Below, one piece after another: positions 36,624 through 46,870 of a stretch of DNA of 64,000 bases. Every line of letters begins with the position of its first letter. Position 1 is the stretch's first letter. The position numbers and the translations under genes are program-made. The notes beneath the pieces were generated by a model that saw nothing but the letters and a program-made list of their open reading frames with translations, was not told the origin of the DNA and made no database searches. Source of the stretch: Mobula hypostoma (taxonomy: Eukaryota); the NCBI RefSeq assembly GCF_963921235.1, contig NC_086108.1, forward strand, positions 76,944,001 to 77,008,000. The letters are read 5' to 3'.

Positions 36624-39104
36624 GTACCTCTCCCTAGAGATGCTGCCTGGCCTGCTGCGTTCACCAGCAACTTTGATGTGTGTTGCTTGAGTTTCCAGCA
36701 TCTGCAGAATTCCTGTTGTTTGCGTGAAAAAACTGCATCAGGTTTCAAGGCAGCAAAGGATAGATTGACTTTGCTTATGTGCTCCAATGCCGAAGGAGAT
36801 TGTCAGATGAAGCCTCTCTTAGTTTAGCATTCACTAAACCCCCGTGCTCTTAAGGGTTTGAGTAAGAATATGCTTCCTGTCCACTGGGCAGCTAACAAGA
36901 AAGCATGGGTCACTGGTCAAATCTTTGAAGATTGGTCTGCTAATCATTTTGCTATTGATGCTGAACGCTACTGCCGGGAACAGAATCTTGCCTTTAAAGT
37001 TCTTCTGTTGCTTGACAATGCACCAGCCCATCCTAAACATTTGGACAGTATTCATCGTAACATAGCAGTGCGTTTCCTGCCGCCTAACACAACATCGCTG
37101 ATTCAACCACTCGACCAAGGTGTGATATCCACATTCAAGGTGTATTACGGCAGACTGTCGCTCAGATGCTGCAAGCAACAGACGATTTTGAAAATCCCGG
37201 CAGTTTACCAACGGTGAGGGAATGGTGGAAGTTCTTCAACATCAGACATGCCATCAACAACATTGATGAACCCTGGAAAGAGGTCAGGTCTTCCACTTTG
37301 AAGCAACTGACCGAATTTTTTAAGGCTGCGGAACACTTGGCACAAATGGCGATGGATGTGGACCCAAGTTGAGAACGGAATCAGCATTTCAGTCATTCCC
37401 TGCAGTTAAGCCTTCTTCCCTACAAGCAAATTTATGCTGAAAAACAAAATGCTGCTAAGCAAGCAACCCTCACCACTTTCTTCAAACTGGTGTTATCTCC
37501 TGCTGCCGGTGAGAGTTTTGTGAACCTTCCTGCTGGCGAGAGTTTTGTGAGTCTTCCAAACCCCTTGCTGTCCTTGATGATCCTGACGACACACAACCAT
37601 CCACCTCATCCATGTAAAGCTGCCCGACACCACAACAACCACTCATCTCCCAGAGTGAACACACCTGCCACTGTTGGTGAGTACTGTACACCCTAGTAAG
37701 TTAACTTTCTTATGATTTATTATGTTGAATATTACCTTAAATTGATGAAATATAATACGAATGTTGCCTTGTGGTACTGCTTTTGTGTCGTATTGGTATG
37801 AAAATGTGAATAAGTTACAGATAAAACATATTTAGGAAGCCCTCAAGAACGCAATCCTATTTTCTCCATTTAAATAATTATTCACATTATACGTCAACTT
37901 CGAGGAACGTATCCCATTCATATAACGAGGATAGGGTGTAATTAAGAAATGGCAGTTAACCGGAACGGTGGAGGTCAAGTTGAGGTCTTGAAGACCAAGA
38001 AAACTTTCCGAGAGAACTGCTCGTAGGATTGCTAGAAAGGCAAATCAAAACCCGTTTGACTGCAAAAGACTTTCAGGAAGATTTAGCAGACTCCGGAGTG
38101 GTGGTGCATTGTTCTACTGTGCAGCGACACCTGTACAAACATGACCTTCATGGAAGAGTCATCAGAAGAAAACCTTTCCTGTGTCCTCACCACAAAATTC
38201 AGCGTCAGAAGTTTGCAAAGGAACATCTAAACAAGCCTGATGCACTTTGGAAACAAGTCCTGTGGACTGATGAAGTTAAAATAGAACTTATTGGCTGCAA
38301 TGAGCAAAGGTATGTTTGGAGAAAAAAGGGTGCAGAATTTCATGAAAAGAACACCTCTCCAGCTGTTAAGCACGGGGGTGGATCGATCATGCTTTGGGCT
38401 TGTGTTGCAGACTGTGGCACGGGGAACATTTCACTGGTAGAGGGAAGAATGAATTCAATTAAATACCTGCAAATTCTGGAAGCAAACATCACACCGTCTA
38501 TAAAAAAGCTGAAGATGAAAAGAGGATGGCTTCTACAACAGGATAATGATCCTAAACACACCTCAGAATCCACAGTGGGCTACCTCAAGAGGCGCAAGCT
38601 GAAGGTTTTGCCATGGCCCTCATAGTCACCCGACTTAAACCTCATCGAAAACCTGTGGATAGACCTCAAAAGAGCAGTGCGTGCAAGACGGCCCAAGAAT
38701 CTCACAGAACTAGAAGCCTTTTGCAAGGAAGAATTGGCGAAAATCCCCCAAACAGAAATTGAAAGACTCTTAGTTGGCTACAGAAAGTGTTTTCAAGCTG
38801 TGATACTTGCCAAAGGGGTTGTTACTAAGTACTGACCATGCAGGGTGCCCAAACTTTTGCTTCGGGCCCTTTTCCTTTTTTATTTTGAAACTGTAAAAGA
38901 TGGAAATAAAAAAAGTAATCTTGCTTAAAATATTAAAGAAATGTGTTATCTTTAACTTTATGCCTTTTGGAAATCAGGTCATCTTTTACTCGCTTAGCTA
39001 TTCACAGTTAACAGAAATTTGGACTAGGAGTGTCCAAACTTTTGCATGCCACTGTATGTTTTCAGAAAAACATACAGTCACAAAGAACAAAGAAAATAAT
39101 GTAG

Positions 39105-39940
39105 CACAAGAAATTCGGCTGATTCCGGAAATCCAAAGCAGTACACACAAAGGCTGGAGGAGATGAGAGGGAACTCAGCAGGCCAGGCCGCATCTATGGA
39201 AAAGAGTAAACGATTGACTTTTCGGGCCAAGACCCTTCATCAGGACTGGAAAAAAAGATGAGAAGTTAGATCAGAAAGGTGGGTGGAGAGGAGGAAGAAG
39301 TACAAGGGAGGTAGGTGATAGGTGATACTGGGAGAAGGAGAGGGGTGAAGTAAAGGGCTGGGAAGCTGATATGTGAAAGAAATAAAGGGCTGGAGAAGGG
39401 GGAATCTGATAGAAGAGGGTGGAAGACCATGGACAGAAAGGGAAAAGGGAGGAGCACCTAAGGGAGATGATGAGATAAGATGAGAGAGGGCTATGGGAAT
39501 GGTGAAGGTGGGGATGGGTAACTACCAGAAATTCAAGAAATTGACGTTCATGCCATTAGGTTGGAGGCCACCCAGATGAAATATAAGGTGTTGTTCCTCC
39601 AAGCTGAGTGTGGCCTCATCGCAACAGTAAAAGAGGCCATGGACTGACATGTCAAAATAGGAAGTAGAGTTGAAGAGGGTGGCCACCAGGAGATCCAGCT
39701 TTTTCTGCTGGATGGAGTGTAGATGCTCAGCGAAATGGTCTCCCAATCTATGTCAGGCCTCACTGATATACAGGAAGCCACATTGGATACACCAGATACA
39801 GTAGGTGACCCCAACAGACTCATATGTGAAGTGTTGCCTCACCTGGAATGACTGTTTTGGGTCCTGAATGGTAGTGAGGGAGGTGGTGTCGGGCCGGGTA
39901 TGGCACTTGTTCAGCTTGCAAGGATAAGTACCAGGAGGAA
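39105..39940 (-). mobile_element. Penelope 3' fragment (GIY-YIG remnant plus pLTR, hammerhead motif at 39212-39248)
   Basis: ORF 39522-39746 (GDHFAEHLHSI...LEEQHLIFHLGGLQPNGMN). Reverse complement reads cagtc-CTGATGA-agggtcttggccc-GAAA-agtc. Confidence 0.9.
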
Positions 39941-41149
39941 GACTGCTGGAGGAAAAACAGCAGGTCAGGCACCAGCAAAAAATATTCTTCTACCTAGTGA
40001 ACACTGGATGGTCCAGCCCACAGGGGTCCTCCCACATGACCTCGGTATCTCTAGTTCCTGGTCGACTGCACAGGTAACCCCGTAGCATTGATCTAGATCT
40101 CGCCACAACTGAGGCAACGCGGCTGCCCCAGCAGTGAACCAGTGAACTGGATTTGAAGTATTCGACATTACCAATGCCCAGCAGGGTTTTGTGATCACAA
40201 TAAAAACGGTCGAGACAATCACTCGCACTGCGCACCATGTAACAATACACGACAAGTCCAGGCGACAACACGGCAACGGTACACAATAAGTCCAACTCTG
40301 TCACTATTGAGCAACTCATTGATGGGATAGTCCTGTAATAGTGGATGTTCTTAGTATCTAGCAGTGACTTGCGATCATACAAGACGAACAAATACACCTT
40401 TGATTGAATCTGGAGTGCCCACTGCGTCCAAGTGAACCGCTGTTTTCCCAACCCCTTTCTTCCTGGAGCTGAATTGAAAGGTAGATGGAGTTCAGTCCAG
40501 AAAAGTATGAAGTGATCCTTTGCAAGTTTGAACTTGAGGGCACAGTACAAAGTTAATGGCAGGAACCTTAGCAGTGTGGAACAACTGAGGGATCTTGAGA
40601 TCCACATCCAGAGATCACTCAAAGTTATTACACAGGTTGATAGGGTTGCTAACAACTTATATGGTGTTCTAGCCTTCTTGCAGAGAAATCTGAATGGTTG
40701 CGTTAAATACCCTGCTGCAACTAGATATTGCCCTATATCTCCCTGTATGTTTATTTAAATATATTGTTAGACAGACACATTTCTGACTTATAAACTGATC
40801 AGGTTACAAACAGTTCTCTGGAAAGGAACCCTGTCATTAAGATGGGGACAATTTGTTTACTATTTGGCCTTGTCCTTTTTGACTGTGAAGGTTGTGGGAT
40901 GGGTGGATAGACTGGATGAATAACTGCAGTGCAATTTGCAGATATTACACTCTGAAGCCACAGTACATTGTGGTTAATATTTAGGGTGTTGCATGGGTTA
41001 CTAGTCAAACTGGCTACTTTGTCCTGGGTAGTGTTTAGCTTTATGGTCTGGAATATAGTTATTACCTGTTAGGATCCATTAGTAACTTTAGTAGTGTTGC
41101 TGAATCAGATGAGTGTCCCATCAGATTTCTGACTTGTGCCTGGTAAATA

Positions 41150-41530
41150 GTGAAAATGCTATTGACTGTCAGGCTGTGAGTTACTCACCATAGAATACCC
41201 AGTCTCTGAGCTGATCTTTCAGCCTCTGTTTTCCTATGGCTTGTTCATTTTCCTGTCAGTCTGTGGGAGCTTAGTAGTGATAATGCCATTAAATGCCAGG
41301 CTCTGTTGGTTAGATTCTCTTGTTGGAAGTGATCATCGCATGGTATTTATGTGCATTACTATTACTGACTATAACTTGCCACTTATTAGCCCATGTCTGA
41401 ATGTTAGGCTGACCTTGATTTGTGCAAGCTTGGACTACTTCATTTTCTGAGGAGCTGAATGTCATGCAATCATCAGCAAACATTTCTTCCTCTGACCTTA
41501 TGATAGAGTAAGAATCATTGATGAAGGCTC
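41150..41530 (-). mobile_element. Old CR1-like RT fragment
   Basis: Reverse complement gives FIND (tcattgatgaag) and MFADDC (gcaatcatcagcaaacat). Related 3' fragments at ~3480-3750, 46050-46440 and 47200-47520. Confidence 0.55.
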
Positions 41531-42569
41531 TTACAAACTTTTTAATACATGGGCAAAGGACATGTATTCAGTGTTGGTTTAAGGACTCTAATGAATAGCA
41601 GCTGAGCTGATATTTTCCTTATTTCTATTTCCTGCGGTTAACGTACTGCAGACTTCACCTTTATCTCTCAGAATAAAAACTGCTGTAAAGTAATCATTGC
41701 CTATTACTGCCACTCACTGAGAGTTCCTTCTAATCTGTCCTGTAAATCATTTGTCAAGACCTCTAGTTTCTGTAGAATATGAGATTGCACTGCTGGTCTT
41801 GTAGTCGTAGTAAGTAAAAACACAGATTTTAAATTCTGCTGCAAATTATCACACAAGTAGTATGTTAAGTGGGATTTTGTTTGAAGCAATAAGTTGTTAT
41901 CTGGAAGAGGATTCAGGAATGATTTTTAAAAGTTACATGGATAAATACTTCAACTCCAGTTTTAAGGGAAAAATCTATTGGAAGTGGATTTAATAGTGAA
42001 ACAGCTATTTCAAAGAACCAAACTGGCCTCATGGACCAAGTGACTTCTTCCAAAGCTGTAAATGTCTTTGATCTTACTTCTAGGTCTAAAATTATTATAC
42101 TTATTGAAATTAATGCTCTCATCCATAATTTTATTAACTAAAGGTTGTTTTGAAGATTGCCTGAATTTTCTCTTTGTGATTAGTAATTATAGATGTTCAT
42201 TCCTTATCACATTATCTGTTTGGATAAATTTTGTTCCACTGTATCGTAGTTATCAAATGAAACTTACATGCTAAATATTTGAAAACAGTCAAAATTTAAG
42301 TAAAATAATTATGGAGAGGGCAAATAGATGCTTTGTTTTTAATATACAAAGTTCTTTGCTTCTCTTCTGCACAACTTAGGCTAGGCATACCTTGATTGCT
42401 GTGTCCCTTTCAGTTCCTCCTAATAATTTGCATTGATAAATTTAGAAGCTGCTATATGGACCCTATTACATTCTTGCATAAGACATCAACATATTGAAAG
42501 ATATATAGTCAAAAAATTTTGACAAATCATCTTGTTAACTTTTGTACAATATGATCTATAATTTGAATT

Positions 42570-43500
42570 CAGTAGAGTTTTTTGAAGAGGTGACAAATAG
42601 AATTGATGAGGACAGGGTGGTAGATGTGGTTCATGTGGAATTTAGCAAGGCTTTTGAATTGGTCCACATGGTAGGCTAGTCTGGAAAGTGGGATCCAGAG
42701 TGAACTAGCCAATTGGATACAAAATTGCCTCAGTGGAAGTAGTCAGTGGCTGATAGTGGAGAGTTATTGAAAATGAAGGTCTGTGACCAATGCTGGGTGG
42801 TGTAGTGAACAGGGAAGAAGGTTATCTAAAATTACAACCTGAATTAAATGTACTGGGAAAGTGGAACAAGGAATTTTGTTGTAACATGTAACAAGGAATT
42901 GGCCATGCGCCACACATATTGCATTTTGGCAACTTAAATTAGGGCAGGACTTGGGAGGGCCTGGACAATGTTGTAAAATAGAATACACAGGGGTAAACAC
43001 CTGGTAACACCCATAGATGGGGTGCTAAAGAAAGTGTTTGGTATGCTTTCCTTCAGTTTTATTATCACTGACATATTGTATGTCATGAACTTTGTTTTGT
43101 GTATTGCGTACAGGAGTTAGGACATCATGTTACACTTAAACAAGTCATTGGTGAGATCACATTTGGAGCATTGTGCACAGTTCTTGTCACCCATCCAGGA
43201 AGGATGTTATTTAGCTGGAGAAGGTACAGAAAAGATTCACAAGGATGGCAATGGTACTAGAGTGCTTGAGTTACAACGGGAACCTCAATAGTCTGAAACA
43301 CTTATCCTGGAGCGCAAATGGCTGAGGGGAGTGATCATATAAATTACAATGTTTCAGAGGCATTTGGTCAGGTTCATATATAGAAAAAGCCTTGAGAGAT
43401 TTGGGCCAACTGCAGGCAAGTGGGTGTGGCTTAGATAGACATTATAGTTGCCATGGACAAGTTGGGCCGAAGGGCCTGTTTCTGTACTCACCACAACTCT
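42570..43500 (+). mobile_element. CR1 LINE RT/3' fragment
   Basis: gtagatgtggttcatgtggaatttagcaaggcttttga (VDVVxxxFSKAF), cacatttggagcattgtgcacagttc (HLExCxQF), and 3' end gggccgaagggcctgtttctgtac. Confidence 0.8.
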
Positions 43501-44800
43501 CTTTATCGCGGTATAATAATTTTTCCCAATTGTAGACTAGTTAAATCAATCTACTTAAGTCTGATACATGCTTTGGATAAACTTACAATTAAATATGTTT
43601 CATAAGCTTTAATTTCATTTGTGTTTTAGGAGATACCTCGATATTTCCAATGTATGCAGTCCTACATTAACATTTTCTCTATTTTTCTAATGAACCACAA
43701 GGAAACAGGAAAATGCAGCTAGTCCATACAATTATCTTCAAGAAGTCCAGATTCCTATGTAAATTATTACTGCCAAGAGCGTAGCTTTTTGATTAAACTT
43801 CGACTGGGAAGGAAACCACAGAAAAAGAAGTGAAAATAAGAGTAGAAGATTTTTATTTGGTGTGGGGTCAGGAGAAATTTTAAAAAAAAATTTAGTTGTA
43901 TTTCATATGAAATCAGAACAAGCTGCTTTATTAGAAAGGAAATATTAATTGAGTAGTAAATGTAAGAAGTGACAAACTGGAATTTTCATTTGGGAAACCC
44001 TGTTTGAGGAAATTATAGTCTTGCACAAGTGGATAAATTACATATTGAACTGAGTCCAGTTGTTTCTGTAAAGAGCAGAAAGTAAGTCAATTGAATTCAA
44101 CTCAATGGACTGAACTCTGATCGTAGCTTGAGCGTACAGCCCTATTCTCATTAGCCCTGCAGCCAAACAAATTTTCGTGGCAGCATGGCCCTAACTTACT
44201 GCCATTGTCACTTCTGTAGCCCTTCCATAAAATGCAGCAGACTACAAGCATTTCTTGATCTGCAGGCAGTGGGAACGAAAGCCTTGCCTACAGTCAGCTC
44301 ACAGATGGATTCAGTAGCCTTCTGTCAACTTATGCTATAAGGAAGCCTTTTCACTGATTATCAAATTCATCTGAAAACATTAAGTTAAAACAAAGTAAAT
44401 TAATCTATTTTTCAATAATAATAAATGTATTTAAAACACATTAAATGGCAATTAATTAAAACATAAATATAAATTGAAGTAAATCCATCTTGAATGAAGT
44501 AACAGTAAATGTATCTACTCTATGGCTGTGGTAAAGCTGAAGGATCAGATATGAAGCATATTGAATTTCTAATTTCAACAACTAGTGAGTCCACGGACAC
44601 AGTAGGGTCAGTTGGGGATGCATCTGATGTCCATCATGTTCCCAGTTCCATGCTCTAGTTTTCAGACCTGAAAGTCAAGAATGCATTGTACACACATTGT
44701 AGTTAGCCATTGTGGACCTGCCAACTAGTAACAGCAAAATTCCAGCCCAGTTAAACTAGCTAAAGCATGAATTATTAAAATGGTTTATTTTATTTTACAG

Positions 44801-44939
44801 AGAGATGGTTCTTACACAAATGATGATGACTCTGTGGACATAGAAAATGAGAGTGCAAGTGGGAACAGATTTGAAGAATATGAATGGTGTGGGCAGAAGA
44901 GAATACGTGCTACAACCTTATTAGAAGGTGGTTTTCGAG
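44801..44939 (+). CDS. rnf220: RNF220 coding exon (RDGSYTNDDDSVDIENESASGNRFEEYEWCGQKRIRATTLLEGGFR-G)
   Basis: Acceptor ttttattttacag| and donor G|gtatgc. 139 nt, phase 0 to 1. Contains the RNF220 motif RFEEYEWCGQKRIRATTLLEGGFRG. Confidence 0.97.
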
Positions 44940-46599
44940 GTATGCAAAATTTTCAAGGTTTTATTTTGCGACTAATCACACTTTTATAATTATTAACTAA
45001 AATTGAATTTAAACTGAATTCTTTTTGCAAGTTGTTTCTTGAACTTTTAAAGAATGTAAATGCTCATTGCTATCTATGTAGCCTATGTCTAGGATTTCTA
45101 CATTTGGCCAGGTCCAAAGCTAGGTTGATGAATGGTTTGGATGAAGACACGACGTTCTGGAATTTAAATAAAAATGTTGTTTTTTCCAGTAAAATGTTGG
45201 TCAAAAACGGTGATGGTCTAGTTAGCTGTAGTGGGAAGTAAAAATAAAGTTAAAGCATATTGTTTTTTTTGATCATCTTCCCAGAACATCTTTGGGAGGT
45301 GGGTTGCTGTTTACAGACTTGACATTGCTTTTGAGCTATAATAACATCTAATCTAGTTTATTGATATTGTTGTTTCAGAGATTGTTGTTTCCACACAATA
45401 GATGTCTCCGCCTTGTTATGTTTATGTTTTTAAGTTTTTAAAAATCATTTCTTAAAACCCTTACTCCTAATTTTGGTATCTGGACATTTTTATCTAAGTG
45501 TGTTTAAGGCAATATTTAATCCTCTGGATTGATCTACTGAATTCATTTGTAAGTTTTTTTTTATAATAACTTAGCTCAATTCTATTGACAACTCCTCAGC
45601 AAATGAATCAGTTCATGCCTGAATGAAGCAAGGACTAAAAAAAAGTAGCATCATTAAATTGCCAGACAGTGATTGTCTCTAACCAGAAGGAGGAGTCTTT
45701 ACAACCTGTCCTTGATATTCTGTAGCCCAACCAATAAAAGCCCCTTTCATCAATATTTGGTTTATAACTGTCACATGTACTAAGATACAGTAAACTTGTC
45801 ATGCAGATCAGATCATTACACAGTGCATTGAACAATGTAAAACAATAGCAATGCACAATAAAGTGTAACAGCAATGAGAGTGCAGTGTGTATGTATCTGT
45901 GTGTGTGTATACACACACACACACGCACGTGCGCACGAATGATCGGGATCCAACATCAAGTAATTCACTTCCTGATCCTTTCCACCCACTGAAAGGGATT
46001 TGGTGAAATAGTCTCCCAATTTCCTACAGACTCCTAGTGGAGTTCTACAATACTCAAGAAGCAGTGCACCACCCTGGACAAAGCAGCTGACTTGATTGGC
46101 ATCTTGTCCAACATCCTAAATGTTCATTCCCTTTGCTGGCACATAGTGGCAACTTTGCCTACTTCTACAGAATGCCTAGGTTATTCTGAGCATTCTGTAG
46201 CATTTCCTATACTGCCAACTCTTGCACCAAAAAGAACAAGACTTGAAGAAAATGGGAACACCAAATATTCCTTTTTAAGTAAGAACTTTTTAAGTATATC
46301 AATGTAACTTCATCGTTACTCGGTTCCAGGTCCTGCCATCTACGCAGCATCATTGTAGTAGTATCTTCAGCAGAAGGACTATAATATTTCTAGATGTGAG
46401 CTCAGTTACTCGGTGATAGGCAATAAATGCTGTTGTCCCTGCAGTGCTAGATTTTAGCAAAGTTAATATATAAAGAAAAAATGACTTACCTTTTAGGCAC
46501 ATGGTTTGGGATTTGAATAAATTTTAATTTCTTTGAGCTGAAGCAAGCCTTACCTAAGAAGGGTGACATGGTGACAGTGCATTTAAAGCACACTAAATG

Positions 46600-46870
46600 G
46601 CAGTTTCAATGGTAGTAGATGTTTCACAACTCCAGAAAACTGCAATTGATTCAGATTCTCTGGTGCTGTCCGTGAAGTTTGCATGTTCTCCTGTAATTGC
46701 ATAGTTCCATCCTGTTAGTCTGATTTTCTCCCTCAGGCATATTAGTGTAGTACTGGAGGCTGACGGAAGAATTGGGGTGACTGTGGGCATGTGTGAGAGA
46801 ATGGGTTGCAGCAAAATAATCAGGGCAATGGAATTGAAGAAATTCTCTGAGGCATCGGCTCTATGGGTTG
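46600..46870 (+). mobile_element. Old V-SINE
   Basis: V-domain start gtgctgtccgtgaagtttgcatgttctcctgt. Confidence 0.55.

Larger units (their letters stand above)
34424..36724 (+). mobile_element. 5'-truncated Penelope-like element (Neptune-like) with inverted 5' pLTR
   Basis: 13-bp TSD tgaaaaaactgca at 34411-23 and 36725-37. RT motifs DVQSLYTSIP, GVAMGT, RYIDD. Cys-rich linker PGTYPCKWNKCYTC. GIY-YIG domain GVIYCVRC..CGLLCIGET (35957-36283). 34424-~34966 is an inverted copy of the 3' end. Confidence 0.95.
33881..37938 (+). mobile_element. Tigger/pogo transposon (DD32D), internally deleted, interrupted by Penelope
   Basis: TA TSD at 33879-80 and 37939-40. 20-bp TIR c(g/a)ccctatcctcgttatatg. 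ORF begins MPPKR at 34156; motifs FNVDES, RTYISKDEKTA|SGFKAAKDRLTLL, LLLDNAPAH, QPLDQGVI. Confidence 0.94.
33755..38835 (+). pseudogene. Tc1 transposase pseudogene, split into 33755-33880 and 37941-38835
   Basis: MGSSKQLPSTLKIKI...GYRKIAKSFQVAISSVRNV|IKKWQLTGTV. Catalytic motifs VLWTDE, QQDNDPKH and WPS*SPDLNLIE give DD34E. In-frame stops and a frameshift are present. Confidence 0.93.
33385..39054 (+). mobile_element. Full-length IR/DR-type Tc1 transposon (DD34E), interrupted by Tigger
   Basis: TA TSD at 33383-84 and 39055-56. ~210-bp inverted repeats with outer and inner direct repeats (atgcaaaagtttggg(c/t)acc). Length is 1610 bp once the insert is removed. Confidence 0.96.
33255..40465 (-). 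mobile_element. Non-autonomous element with Rex1-like 3' tail and CpG-rich non-coding body; hosts Tc1 and Penelope
   Basis: Starts caagatcaagtttaattatcattcaacc, like the reverse-complemented Rex1 tails (cf. 30096-30135). Host sequence continues at 39057-39105 and 39990-40465. Flanked by gagc/gagc in the CR1. Confidence 0.5.
29640..40680 (+). mobile_element. Degenerate long CR1 LINE (esterase-type ORF1, APE, RT) hosting several insertions
   Basis: ORF1-like ELELKLDDLRI, CCFPG and IGxNDI. APE motifs ITETWL and MGDFNF. RT motifs DFSKAFNKVPH and SGVxQxSVLGP. Stops at ...caggacattgatcggacacagagc (33254) and resumes at gagctgaattgaaaggtagatggagttcagtccagaaaagtatgaagtg (40466, W.MEF.P.K.EV-like). 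Confidence 0.8.

Noticed and set aside
39990..40655. 221-aa minus-strand ORF
   Set aside because: It spans the junction between antisense CR1 and an unrelated insert, has a non-ATG start and shows no recognisable domain.
45885..45935. (TG)n(CA)n fold-back, also at 667-727
   Set aside because: Ordinary microsatellites associated with LINE 3' tails; no sign of function.
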